64,000 nucleotides of DNA, taken from the IMG/VR virus record IMGVR_UViG_2534681837_000002, positions 13,498 to 77,497 of that record. One strand, 5' to 3'. Below, one piece after another: positions 19,980-29,315 of the stretch (position 1 is its first letter; every line of letters starts with the position of its first letter). This stretch comes from a virus (lineage: Duplodnaviria > Caudoviricetes). Below the pieces are notes generated by a model. The model made no database searches. It saw only the letters and a list, made by a program, of their open reading frames with translations, and was not told where the DNA came from. The position numbers were made by a program, and so were the translations under genes.

Positions 19980-20260
19980 GCGATTTCGTTGATAGAATAT
20001 ACTGATTTATCTAAACGTAATTCTCTTGTAATTATCTCCTTCCATTTAGAATTAGCGGAATGAAACACGATAATGGCACAATCGTGAACACCGATAGATT
20101 GCTTATATTTTACCGTAAACTCACCGTCAAATTTTTCCCAATCTTCCGGTGCTTCATTCCAAAATATTTTTTTGCATTGATTCAATACCCTTTCTCGACC
20201 ATTGGCAACTTTGATATCTGCATTCTTGTAAATAATTTCAATTTTAGAATCCATAATCAT
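19976..20260 (-). CDS. Hypothetical protein coupled to the XRE gene
   Basis: ATGA-type overlap with XRE gene. Confidence 0.65.
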   Translation of the reverse strand: MIMDSKIEIIYKNADIKVANGRERVLNQCKKIFWNEAPEDWEKFDGEFTVKYKQSIGVHDCAIIVFHSANSKWKEIITRELRLDKSVYSINEIA

Positions 20261-20298
20261 ACTTTTTAACTGTTACTATTTGCTTTATTTTGATGTTA

Positions 20299-20366
20299 CA
20301 AATATATATAAAGTTTAAGCAATACTAAACTTTTAATGCAGGAAAGTTTAAGTAATACCAAACTTT
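20299..20366 (-). promoter_or_regulatory. -7 promoter box plus two 24-bp palindromic operator repeats
   Basis: TATATTTG on minus at 20299-20306; aaagtttaagcaatactaaacttt (20310-20333) and aaagtttaagtaataccaaacttt (20343-20366). Confidence 0.75.
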
Positions 20367-20553
20367 AATATTTAAGTGGTAAGTCCAATACGTCAAAGAA
20401 CAAATACCGACTTTAAGGCTCGATTTACCTCATTTCTTTATTATTAGCTTCATACTTTTTATACTTCAAAACCTAAACAGGAAACGTGTATATCTTTTTA
20501 AAGTTCTTCGAATATCTTTATTTCTATTTTATTGATTGAAATCATTCGTTGCT

Positions 20554-20587
20554 TTTGGGATAATGTATAGTCTTTTTCTTATATTTG
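20554..20587 (+). promoter_or_regulatory. Bacteroidetes sigma-A promoter (-33 TTTG, -7 TATATTTG)
   Basis: TTTG 20554-20557 and TATATTTG 20580-20587. Confidence 0.7.
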
Positions 20588-20593
20588 CACCAT

Positions 20594-20783
20594 GACTCGA
20601 CGTGAGTTACTTTATTCAGTTTAGTGTCTACTTGAAAGCTGCAATTTTTAAAATGGATACACATAAACTGAACGGCCATTCGTATGTTCTCAAAACTACG
20701 ATATGCGCACCCGTTCAGTGATAGTGTATCCGGGTTGTTTGCAGCACCTCAAGTAGACTACATTGAATAGGGTGCGCTTTTTT
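20594..20783 (+). ncRNA. ~190-nt rod-shaped ncRNA, candidate 6S-like RNA
   Basis: Nested helices tattca/tgaata, gtctacttga/tcaagtagac, gctgcaa/ttgcagc, ggatacac/gtgtatcc, actgaacgg/ccgttcagt, between a promoter and a T6 run. Confidence 0.6.
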
Positions 20784-20825
20784 ATCATCACGAAGCAGAA
20801 CATTCAACCCTTAAAAAATAGAATT

Positions 20826-21269
20826 ATGGAAGAAAATGAGAAAATCACTAAAAAGCTCCCTTATAATCTGAGAGAGAAAAAAGAGAAAAAGGCAGAGTAC
20901 AGAAACATGATCCGCCCTGAACTCGCCGATGAACTATACGATAAGATATTAAATATCATTGTCGTACAAAAGAAGTACAAAGACCCCGATTACTCTGCAA
21001 AAGAGTTAGCCAAAGAGTTACACACAAACACGCGCTATTTGTCTGGTGTAATAAACTCACGTTTCGGTATGAATTACTCATGTGTACTGAATGAATATCG
21101 TATCAAAGAAGCTTTGCATCTCATGACAGACAAACGCTATAAAGACAAGAACGTAGAAGAAATCAGTGCAATGGTAGGATTTTCTAATCGTCAATCTTTC
21201 TACGCTGCCTTTTACAGGATTGTTGGCGAAACCCCTAACGGATATCGAAAAAGAAAGCTGGAAAAATAA
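20826..21269 (+). CDS. AraC-family transcriptional regulator (DNA-binding domain only)
   Basis: KYKDPDYSAKELAKELHTN..LS..IN...F...LNEYRI..A...VGFSNRQSFYAAF..IVGETP; start MEENEK at 20826. Confidence 0.92.
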   Translation: MEENEKITKKLPYNLREKKEKKAEYRNMIRPELADELYDKILNIIVVQKKYKDPDYSAKELAKELHTNTRYLSGVINSRFGMNYSCVLNEYRIKEALHLMTDKRYKDKNVEEISAMVGFSNRQSFYAAFYRIVGETPNGYRKRKLEK

Positions 21270-21280
21270 TATTCATGCCC

Positions 21281-21332
21281 GTTCCTAAATCTTTGAGCTG
21301 ATGATATTGATGTCAGTTCAAAGATTTAGAAC
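21281..21332. terminator. Long inverted repeat between convergent genes (bidirectional terminator)
   Basis: taaatctttgagctga (21286-21301)/tcagttcaaagattta (21313-21328). Confidence 0.75.
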
Positions 21333-21337
21333 ATCTC

Positions 21338-22150
21338 CTATTTGGCCTCACAGCTACTTACAGCTTCTTCTTGTCGAGTAACAAATGTTGTTTCAGGCCG
21401 TTGGTATTTACCATTCACATAATCATTGGCTACTTTCTTATAGGTTAGCCCACAAATCAAGCCGCCTTCATCAAGAAACCGGGCATCATATTGATTAGCA
21501 TCAATGACTGGATATCCCCGAAATTCTTCCGGAAGAACATTCTCAAAAACGACTGCCACACGATAACCTTTCTTCAGCAGTTCTTCACAAATTTCCCAAT
21601 TTTCACCACTGTATGAGTAGGTGACATCATAGTTGCTATATTTTTCTGAGAGTTTTGTATGTTCATAAACCTTCGTATAGTCGTAGAACTGTATGCTCTC
21701 ACAGAACTGGAGAATATTTACCCCCATCAGGGTAAATTTTTCCGGTGAAATATCAGAAGTACAATTCAACCGGACTGCAAATTTCATATTGGCAGCATCC
21801 GCTTTCCTTTTAGCTTGCCTGATTTCATGAATAAGAAGTTGCATAAACGTGTCTTTATCCTCAAAAAACAGCTTCGTTTTTTTGATACGGGATTGCTGTA
21901 TGGGACCGCCCTCTTTATATGTCAGCAGTTCAATCTTATTTCTACCCGAACCATTCAGGCAGTACTTACAGCAATTATCAGAATTGGAGCAAACATTATG
22001 CCCACTAAGGTCTCTTGGGGCGAGATACAAACCATAGGTTAACACATTCTTATGCGTTAAACTCTTGACAAGTTTCGGAGAAGAATCACAGCACCCCAGG
22101 TAACTTATTCCAAGGGTTCGTTTTACTTTACTGGGACTAAATTTATCCAT
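21338..22150 (-). CDS. GP88-like phage protein (Cys-rich, Fe-S/radical-SAM-like)
   Basis: NVC..SDNCCKYCLNGSGR, FAVRLNCTSDI, FYDYTK motifs. Confidence 0.7.
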   Translation of the reverse strand: MDKFSPSKVKRTLGISYLGCCDSSPKLVKSLTHKNVLTYGLYLAPRDLSGHNVCSNSDNCCKYCLNGSGRNKIELLTYKEGGPIQQSRIKKTKLFFEDKDTFMQLLIHEIRQAKRKADAANMKFAVRLNCTSDISPEKFTLMGVNILQFCESIQFYDYTKVYEHTKLSEKYSNYDVTYSYSGENWEICEELLKKGYRVAVVFENVLPEEFRGYPVIDANQYDARFLDEGGLICGLTYKKVANDYVNGKYQRPETTFVTRQEEAVSSCEAK

Positions 22151-22183
22151 ATTGTATAAGTATTAATGTTTTAGTGTTAGTAC

Positions 22184-22215
22184 AAAAAAATGTCCGAACC
22201 TGATAGTCCGGACAT
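22184..22215 (-). terminator. Intrinsic terminator
   Basis: A7-atgtccg..cggacat; shares 16 bp with the 19670 terminator. Confidence 0.7.
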
Positions 22216-22262
22216 AAACAAAGTCATAGTATGAATTATAACATTCAATATGGCATCTCTCT

Positions 22263-22589
22263 TTAGGCTTTACCACAATCAAGATATAGTGCAATATCTC
22301 TAGGTTTCAGCCGATATGATGAGTGTTGTTCTCTCAGCCGACTTCTCACCCACTCTACCGGACAATGCCTTAATAGCCACATATCTATGCTGTTTGGAAA
22401 ATTGGCTACAGGCACCCCAAAAACGTAACTGGAGAAAGTAGTATCATAATGTTCCAAATCCGTATACAAGAAGTCCATTATTGACTTCTGCGTCTCCTTT
22501 TGGCACATATGGTCAAACTTAATACACCATTGATAGAAAATGATAAAATCTTTCTTTGAATAGCAATACAGCTTGTCGATTGCGGCCAT
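22263..22589 (-). CDS. Hypothetical protein
   Basis: Likely start MAAIDK at 22589. Confidence 0.65.
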   Translation of the reverse strand: MAAIDKLYCYSKKDFIIFYQWCIKFDHMCQKETQKSIMDFLYTDLEHYDTTFSSYVFGVPVANFPNSIDMWLLRHCPVEWVRSRLREQHSSYRLKPRDIALYLDCGKA

Positions 22590-22605
22590 ATAATTTCTTT
22601 TTAAT

Positions 22606-22929
22606 TTAGTTTTCAGTGAATTTCCAGTATCCATAATCAGAACCATCTCCTGGATGAGAGCAGAAGCTATATCCATCGGGAGCGTATGAGTCCAGGGTAT
22701 CAAACAGCGATTCCAGCAACATAATCGCCTCTTCGCTATTCCACCAGTCCGATGCTTTATCATCAGACGCATACGCTGGTACAGAGTTCATAAACTGTAA
22801 ATATTCAGGAGTATCACAAAGAACCTCCATAAATACCGGAATCAAATCCTGTAGTCGCATTGTGGCATGAGATACACTTGCATCAAGGATAGCATGTATC
22901 TTGTTTAAAGTTCTTTTGTCGGTAAACAT
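22606..22929 (-). CDS. Conserved phage/ICE hypothetical protein (HPGDGSDYGYW motif)
   Basis: SHATMRLQDLIP...APDGYSFCSHPGDGSDYGYW. Confidence 0.75.
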   Translation of the reverse strand: MFTDKRTLNKIHAILDASVSHATMRLQDLIPVFMEVLCDTPEYLQFMNSVPAYASDDKASDWWNSEEAIMLLESLFDTLDSYAPDGYSFCSHPGDGSDYGYWKFTEN

Positions 22930-23627
22930 TCGTTTTTAATTTGATTGATTAAGTTTTCACAACAAAAATTCCATTCTCTACTATCTAAGTATGGAAACTC
23001 TCTACTTAAATTGATTAAGACGTTTAGACTAACGAGCAGATCCGCTTTCTTAATGAGAGGAACTATATGCCTAAAACACATCCATGCTTCTCCACGGAGA
23101 ACAACGCTGCCCCAACAATCATTATAGATAAACTTCTGCCGAACAGATTTCTCTGGGAAATATCGCTCTACTATAACGCTAAGAGGTGCGTTCCTAAACT
23201 CCGGATGAGGACGGAATACTTGGCTATTATAGTCACGAATCTTCATAAAGATATCATCTCCTTTTATATAAATCAGATTGGAGGCTTTTACATTGTTCTG
23301 TCTCCCATATACATAAGGTATACTGAAAGCTTGACAGATATCTTTGATTTCAACAGGTTTAGATAGTTTAGGTTCTCCGTATCGCCTTTCACTAAGCATA
23401 TCAACACGAATATCAGTATGGTATATACTGAGAAAATCATTAATATCACCCAGAGTCCATAATAAAGAATTTTCCATCTTAAATTGTATAGTATGTGATA
23501 CTTCTCTATCCTTAGTTATCAGGTACTTAATAATGAAAGTTCCTGCTGGATGATTATAAATGCAACCTTTATCGCACTTATATGAGGCATGTTCTTCCAA
23601 CTTTAAAATGATATCAGGCTTGATCAT
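22905..23627 (-). CDS. Hypothetical protein (240 aa)
   Basis: Long ORF, coupled overlaps with neighbours. Confidence 0.75.
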   Translation of the reverse strand: MIKPDIILKLEEHASYKCDKGCIYNHPAGTFIIKYLITKDREVSHTIQFKMENSLLWTLGDINDFLSIYHTDIRVDMLSERRYGEPKLSKPVEIKDICQAFSIPYVYGRQNNVKASNLIYIKGDDIFMKIRDYNSQVFRPHPEFRNAPLSVIVERYFPEKSVRQKFIYNDCWGSVVLRGEAWMCFRHIVPLIKKADLLVSLNVLINLSREFPYLDSREWNFCCENLINQIKNECLPTKEL

Positions 23628-24088
23628 GCCGCCTTACAATATTTTTCGAGATATACTGCAAAATTGATGATAGATTCCGTAGTAAGGGTTATCAGTTCAA
23701 TCTTATTGTCGTTATCATCCAGAATGGTTCGTTCCTGTGAATCAATACTCCCTAACTCACACTGCATAATCCCGGCCCAGTCTGCATCGTAATCGAAAGT
23801 GAAATTAAGTGCCCCGTACTTCTGAGCGCTTATTTCCTTTTCATACTTTTTTGCAAGGGAGAATATGTAGTCTATAGCCTTGTTACGTATATATCCATAT
23901 AGGAAATTGACATCTTTCAAGTCTAAATTGTCTTTCTCGTTTTCATCTTTCAGTTTGATTTTAATACGAGTCAAGACAATTACAGAATTAAGTGCATCTA
24001 TTTTTTTCTGATATCCATGACAGATTTTCCTGTGCAGATTAATCTGAATCCGTGCTTTATATTCTTCTTCAGTTAGCAGATATTTCAT
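23624..24088 (-). CDS. Hypothetical protein; N-terminus paralogous to 24098-24559
   Basis: MKYLLTEEEY...HRKICHGYQKKI. Confidence 0.75.
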   Translation of the reverse strand: MKYLLTEEEYKARIQINLHRKICHGYQKKIDALNSVIVLTRIKIKLKDENEKDNLDLKDVNFLYGYIRNKAIDYIFSLAKKYEKEISAQKYGALNFTFDYDADWAGIMQCELGSIDSQERTILDDNDNKIELITLTTESIINFAVYLEKYCKAA

Positions 24089-24097
24089 GATGTATAG

Positions 24098-24559
24098 TTA
24101 TTGATTGGTTTCCGGTTCTTGAGAAAAATCATCATATAGCATATTGAGCAGTCCATACAAAATATCTGGCAATAACTTGTCAATATGAGTTTTTTCTCCA
24201 CCTTCTATGGTGATAACTCCGCAGCTTACGATACACTCCATCAATGCTTCACAAATCTCTCCTTTGCTGTCACGATAGTATATAGATCTGTCCACATCAT
24301 TGATATCTCCTCCTTGTTTATCCACGAGGGAGAGTAAAAGCCTTTTGGCATTTTTCTGCATACTTTCCAGAAGTGATGCCAATTCTCCAGTCTCGGAGTG
24401 CTTGTCGAATTTTCCGGATTGGAGGATATACTGAGTTTGAAGCTCATCCGCAGTCGTTTTCAAGGATGTAATCTGCTGTTAATATTCCTTGCATACCTTA
24501 TCATGCTCATTTCGAGGCATTGTCTGACGAAGTTCTTCGTCTGATAGTACATAGTCCAT
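24098..24559 (-). pseudogene. Gene with in-frame TAA at codon 27
   Basis: MDYVLSDEEL...HDKVCKEY*QQITSLKTT; ATG 24559, TAA 24479-24481, in frame with the TTG ORF at 24463. Confidence 0.7.
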
Positions 24560-24583
24560 GTTTTTGTTTTTTATCAATTATAC

Positions 24584-24898
24584 CTATTCAGTTCGATATT
24601 GGTAACATCTGATGTTACTCTCTGAGCATAATGCAAAATTGCCTTTTATCGTAGGAACACGGCAAAGCATATTTTTCTTATCCAGGAACCTACAACCTTT
24701 ACATGTCCCCATGACACGCTTCTTTATATCTATGGCTGATATGGAACCCACGGGAACGGGAGCTTTCAGGGAAGAAAGCATAGTAGCTATGACAGTTACC
24801 TGGTTCACATCCTCTATACTTGTCATATAGGTTTCGCCATTTCCATCTTCGACGAAAACCGTGAGTGACTGCATCTTGTTTTTTATTGTCTGATTCAT
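24584..24898 (-). CDS. Hypothetical protein with C-terminal Cys cluster
   Basis: ORF; CKGC..C..C..C. Confidence 0.65.
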   Translation of the reverse strand: MNQTIKNKMQSLTVFVEDGNGETYMTSIEDVNQVTVIATMLSSLKAPVPVGSISAIDIKKRVMGTCKGCRFLDKKNMLCRVPTIKGNFALCSESNIRCYQYRTE

Positions 24899-25031
24899 AC
24901 GTTCCTAACTTTTCCTTGATTTTTAATTCTCTTTAAATTCTGACTATCGGGGAAGATTCCGTAACTCCCAATTACCATTTCTCTTATTGATTAGGGACCA
25001 ATCGATTGGCAACTGAAAGCTAAGCTCCTTA

Positions 25032-25358
25032 TTAATCCTCACTTTCTTCTTCAGAATCATCAGTAATTTGCTTAATACGCTCATTTGCATATATTTCAAC
25101 TGCTCCCCAAAGTTCATCTTCATTTATGACGATTTTGTCTGCAATGCGTTCAATCTCACCGGAATCTTCTTCAGTGACATCGTAACCATGCTCACGCATC
25201 GACTTTACAGTCAGGGCGTCAACAGGAAAGTATTTTCCCTGTTCTGTAATGCCCTGTTTCATCTCCTCTATAATATGTCGCTGCTCAGGCGAAATATCTT
25301 TTATTGTTTTTTCCAGTTGCTCAATTTGAGTGAGTAACATGGCTGATGCAAAATTCAT
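25032..25358 (-). CDS. Acidic hypothetical protein
   Basis: ORF in operon. Confidence 0.65.
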   Translation of the reverse strand: MNFASAMLLTQIEQLEKTIKDISPEQRHIIEEMKQGITEQGKYFPVDALTVKSMREHGYDVTEEDSGEIERIADKIVINEDELWGAVEIYANERIKQITDDSEEESED

Positions 25359-25373
25359 AGGCTATTTTTGTTG

Positions 25374-25757
25374 TTATTTGTCTAAATCTAATACTTTTCC
25401 AATAAAGGACACTACATTAGCATAATCGACAGGACATACACTAAAGTTTTCTTGTTTTTCACAAGTATCCTGATTAATCCCATCCACATAAATATCAACA
25501 TCTTCTATTTCTGGACGGTCCAATATGTGAATGGCTGTAATACTTACATTAGGGTAACTTTCGTGCCCATCGTAGAAGATTGCAGTTATCGGATATAAAT
25601 CTTGGTCTGTATCGTTATCCTCGCCATCCTCCAGTTTTGGTTTGAAGGTGATAATTCCGCCGTGACTTCTCACGGTTTCAATGATGAAATTCTTTTGCTT
25701 TATCTCCAGTTCCTCTGTTAAAGATAATAGCTTTTTATAAGATTGTTCTTGTGGCAT
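25374..25757 (-). CDS. Acidic hypothetical protein
   Basis: ORF in operon. Confidence 0.7.
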   Translation of the reverse strand: MPQEQSYKKLLSLTEELEIKQKNFIIETVRSHGGIITFKPKLEDGEDNDTDQDLYPITAIFYDGHESYPNVSITAIHILDRPEIEDVDIYVDGINQDTCEKQENFSVCPVDYANVVSFIGKVLDLDK

Positions 25758-25760
25758 AAT

Positions 25761-26259
25761 TTACAATATTGGAATAATAGTATCTTGAAAAGAGAATACA
25801 TTCGACTTGAAAGTATTGTCACCGTTTTTTAGCATAGATAGCTCCTCACATTTAGGTTCGGATGTAAAAGTTAGATAGCAATCCTGCCTTTCATCGCTTA
25901 CTTGCAGGTCGATGATAGTGAAATGATAGATGTTTCCTGTAACGCTGCTCTTGCAATCATAGGTCTTCCCTTGTTCTACGAAAATAGTTTTGGGATCAAC
26001 AACTTCTTTCCAAGATCCTCCATCATTAGATACCATAATTTCACGTCCAAAATGAAGGTCTGAGATAAGTCCTACCTGCTCATCCTTTCTCAACTTGTTC
26101 TGTAACTTCCGGATTTTTTTGTGGAGTTGAACTGCCTTGAAGTGCAGAATTGTTGTTGTATATAACGTAAATACCAGTCATGTAGAGTTGAGATGCCATG
26201 GAACATTCATTCCCATCTTTACCCTTAAATGAATGATAGGTGTGATAAGATACTTTCAT
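25761..26259 (-). pseudogene. Gene split by a frameshift in an A7 run (26114-26120)
   Basis: MKVSYHTY...STPQK continues as IRKLQNKLRKDEQVGLISDLHFG in another frame. Confidence 0.55.
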
Positions 26260-26266
26260 AATGTTA

Positions 26267-26794
26267 TCAGTTTGCTGTGAGTGCATATTTGTTTAGTGAA
26301 AACAGAATGTCTTTTATTGGAAGCGCAATAGCAGTACATTTTTCTTCACTATATTCTTCCATATGCTTGTATGCTTCAGGGAAGCCTTCTTTCACCCTCT
26401 TTATTGTTCTTAAAGACATGAGAGTTGCAACAATTGATTGAATTGTCTTCTCTTTCTCTTCTTTAATTTCTTTTATCTCAGTTTCTAGTTTTCTAAGGCG
26501 TTCCATATCCTCAATGCCAATTTGAATATCGGGATACAGTGATTTAGTCCCCGGAAAAAGTGGCAAGCCTTGCACCAGCATTTTCCAGTTTCCATGACAT
26601 ACATAAACATAGTAAGGGGCCATAAAATAGCTTTGACACTTTTTGAAGCAATCGAGTACATCCTGAGGAATAGTGGGTATGATTGCTTCGTACGCAATCT
26701 GGTTCAATTGGCCTCTTAGTTCTTCTATCTTTTTAGTGATTGGTTCTACCATCTTGATGGCAGCCTGTTCGGCCATTGTTTTTGTTATATTCAT
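26267..26794 (-). CDS. Hypothetical protein; recalls phage Nmad5-like family (F.T.KRL.E.FPEA)
   Basis: Start MNITKT at 26794; LRTIKRVKEGFPEAY motif. Confidence 0.6.
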   Translation of the reverse strand: MNITKTMAEQAAIKMVEPITKKIEELRGQLNQIAYEAIIPTIPQDVLDCFKKCQSYFMAPYYVYVCHGNWKMLVQGLPLFPGTKSLYPDIQIGIEDMERLRKLETEIKEIKEEKEKTIQSIVATLMSLRTIKRVKEGFPEAYKHMEEYSEEKCTAIALPIKDILFSLNKYALTAN

Positions 26795-26865
26795 AATGTT
26801 TCTAATTAGTTTTTTATTGGTTATTTTAGTCATCGTATCCCCAATGGTTAGGAATCAGGGCAAAA

Positions 26866-27630
26866 TCAGAGAGCCATGCATAGATTTGTCAAACCGTGAT
26901 TCAGGAGGTTATCAGTAGACAAGCCAGCCAGCAACTTGTCATAAGAAAGAATCATTCTATCAGAACAAACATAAACAGGCGCAGTAACGTCAAACTCTTT
27001 ATTATCCCCGCCCAAAGCTTTGAAATCTACTTTGGTGACTTTACACCCTATGGTCTTGAATAGTTCGTTGTAACACAAATTAAAGTAGAACTCATCGTCT
27101 TTATCGTCGTTGTATTCATCTGAAACTTCATCCGGAGAACTAAAAGTAAAGAATCTCAGAAAAGTTAGCTCGATGGGCTTGCCGTTAGAGTTTATCTAAA
27201 TTGTTGTCCAGCGGACGCATATGCTCAGAAAACAGTCTGTAATACAATGGAACACACACCACATTTCTATTTCTTTCAAGAAGTGATCTTCATCATCATT
27301 TATCAGATGTTTTGTATCATCTCTCTTGTAGAAAATGTTTCCGTTTTTCCATTCCAGCCTGTCAAATGCTACAAACGGTTCGATGCAATGCCGAAAGGTT
27401 TCATACATGTATTGAGTCAAAACATCAATATTTATAATATTTTGAATGAGAGGATTTTTTATGTTCCAATGCGTGCTGCCGCAAAAGAGACAGGGTTCTC
27501 CAGCTTCCTTCTTAGGAACATAGCGCCTGCAACCGGTGCAGAAAAAACTGTCATTGGTTCCTTCCCATATCCGTGCTTCTTTGAGTATATTCCTGTAGTT
27601 CTCATGCGAGTATATTTCTTTGTTTCTCAT
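26866..27630 (-). pseudogene. Possible single gene interrupted by in-frame TAG (27196-27198)
   Basis: 27196-27630 and 26866-27078 share a frame and the 39 codons between them are open. Confidence 0.5.
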
Positions 27631-27660
27631 TACTTTTCTCCTTTCAATTCGGTTTTTATG

Positions 27661-27882
27661 CTAAAACACGGATGTGTCGGCAGGACATATTTCCGCATCG
27701 GTATCGATAAGTTTATGTGCATATCTGTCCGATGGGTATTTTTTCTCTACCTTGAAAGTAGCTGCAATGTAATTGGTCGATTCCACTGTCAGCGGTTTGC
27801 ATTTCTCTGTCAAGCTCTTAACTGTTACTCCATTTTCAGTCACTAACTTGTACTTGAAAATATCAAATGTGTAATTTGCCAT
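27661..27882 (-). CDS. Hypothetical protein (73 aa)
   Basis: ORF in operon. Confidence 0.6.
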   Translation of the reverse strand: MANYTFDIFKYKLVTENGVTVKSLTEKCKPLTVESTNYIAATFKVEKKYPSDRYAHKLIDTDAEICPADTSVF

Positions 27883-27890
27883 AATCGTTT

Positions 27891-28514
27891 TTAGCTTAAA
27901 TCCTTTAATAGAGCTTCCTTTATGCCAAGAGACAAATCATCAATATTAATCATCGATTGCATCTCTTCGCTTTGAGTTCCGAGAAATTCTGCGAAAGCAA
28001 GACATTGTGCCTCTATACGTTGTATAATGACCTTTAGTTCGTCTTCATTCTTCGTTTCCTGATAGGCTTGCCGAAGGTCTGCGACAGGTTCGTCAAAATC
28101 GTTGAAATAAAAGTTTGCCTTTTGCATCTCGGAGAGCAATTCGATCTGTTCGTTATTGGGCAGCATATAATAAATTTCTGGTTTAAGATAGAGAGCGACC
28201 ATATTGATAAGACAATCGGCAACGGTTGCAAAGCAATCGTTCTCATCGGAGTTCTGTAGGGTGGTTCCTTCTCCGATGTAGGTCCATTCTTCCGCGAAAG
28301 AGGACGAACCTGTTTTGCGGACAGATACTTCGATGGTATATTTCCTGTGACAAAATTTGTTTTCTGATTCGGTCTCACCGTCTATCCATGCAAGCATAAG
28401 CGATACTCCACCCTTAATATCATAAAAATATACTGCACCATCCTCTTCTGCCAACATGGATTTTACACTACTTTTTATCCATCCCTGAACTTTCTCTTTT
28501 GTTGTTTTTCCCAT
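27891..28514 (-). CDS. Hypothetical protein
   Basis: Likely start MGKTTK at 28514. Confidence 0.7.
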   Translation of the reverse strand: MGKTTKEKVQGWIKSSVKSMLAEEDGAVYFYDIKGGVSLMLAWIDGETESENKFCHRKYTIEVSVRKTGSSSFAEEWTYIGEGTTLQNSDENDCFATVADCLINMVALYLKPEIYYMLPNNEQIELLSEMQKANFYFNDFDEPVADLRQAYQETKNEDELKVIIQRIEAQCLAFAEFLGTQSEEMQSMINIDDLSLGIKEALLKDLS

Positions 28515-28515
28515 A

Positions 28516-28776
28516 TTATTCGTTTCTGTAAAAATTGACATAAGATTTGTCAAGTGTGAATTCGACATACAACGGAGAACCGCAGCCCCAGTATGCCCCT
28601 CCGGAGTCATAGGCTCCATCATAAATAAGAGGAATATGCCGGCGATAAATCTGTTTACCGCATGCATCTTCTTTAGTTCCCACGTTGGGACGTCCCATTG
28701 GAGCACCGCGTCTACAATCGACTTTTCCTATCAGTTCTTTATAAATCTGAGTCGCAGTTGGTTTTCCTGTTCTCAT
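28516..28776 (-). CDS. Conserved phage protein (YDSGGAYWG motif)
   Basis: GAPMGR...GAYDSGGAYWG..PLY motif. Confidence 0.75.
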   Translation of the reverse strand: MRTGKPTATQIYKELIGKVDCRRGAPMGRPNVGTKEDACGKQIYRRHIPLIYDGAYDSGGAYWGCGSPLYVEFTLDKSYVNFYRNE

Positions 28777-29315
28777 AACGACATTTTAGCTGATAACACC
28801 TGGCATCGCTCCCAAACGGTGACTAACCAGTCGACATTGATGTCGGCAAGTTCTGCCTCTTCTTCCTGTTTCGTTTCAGGATCAAGAAGAATGCAGGTCA
28901 TATTTTGGGGAATGATACTCAATAGCTTGTATTCTTTGTAGAAAAAAGTCCCATTTGTAACATCTGTATCCTCGACATATACACTGTGTGGTAGTAGACC
29001 TTCCGGTATAGTACTAATTGAACAAAGACGTTTAATAGTCGTATCACGTAAGGTTTCAATAACTAAAGGCACTTTTCTTTGATGTCGGGATTGTCTTTTT
29101 TGTACCATATTCCCCCATATATAAACATCATGGGCAATATCATTGAGAGATCCATTTAATGACTTTGGGAAAAACCTTGTCATTCGGTCCTTTAAAGCAC
29201 TTTCTTCCGGATTATTATCATCACAAGCATCCCATGTGGCACACAATTCACCAAACCACACATATAGGTTATTTATACATCTATATACTTTTTCTGAAGT
29301 AGATTCTTGACTCAT
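28773..29315 (-). CDS. Hypothetical protein
   Basis: Likely start MSQEST at 29315. Confidence 0.65.
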   Translation of the reverse strand: MSQESTSEKVYRCINNLYVWFGELCATWDACDDNNPEESALKDRMTRFFPKSLNGSLNDIAHDVYIWGNMVQKRQSRHQRKVPLVIETLRDTTIKRLCSISTIPEGLLPHSVYVEDTDVTNGTFFYKEYKLLSIIPQNMTCILLDPETKQEEEAELADINVDWLVTVWERCQVLSAKMSL

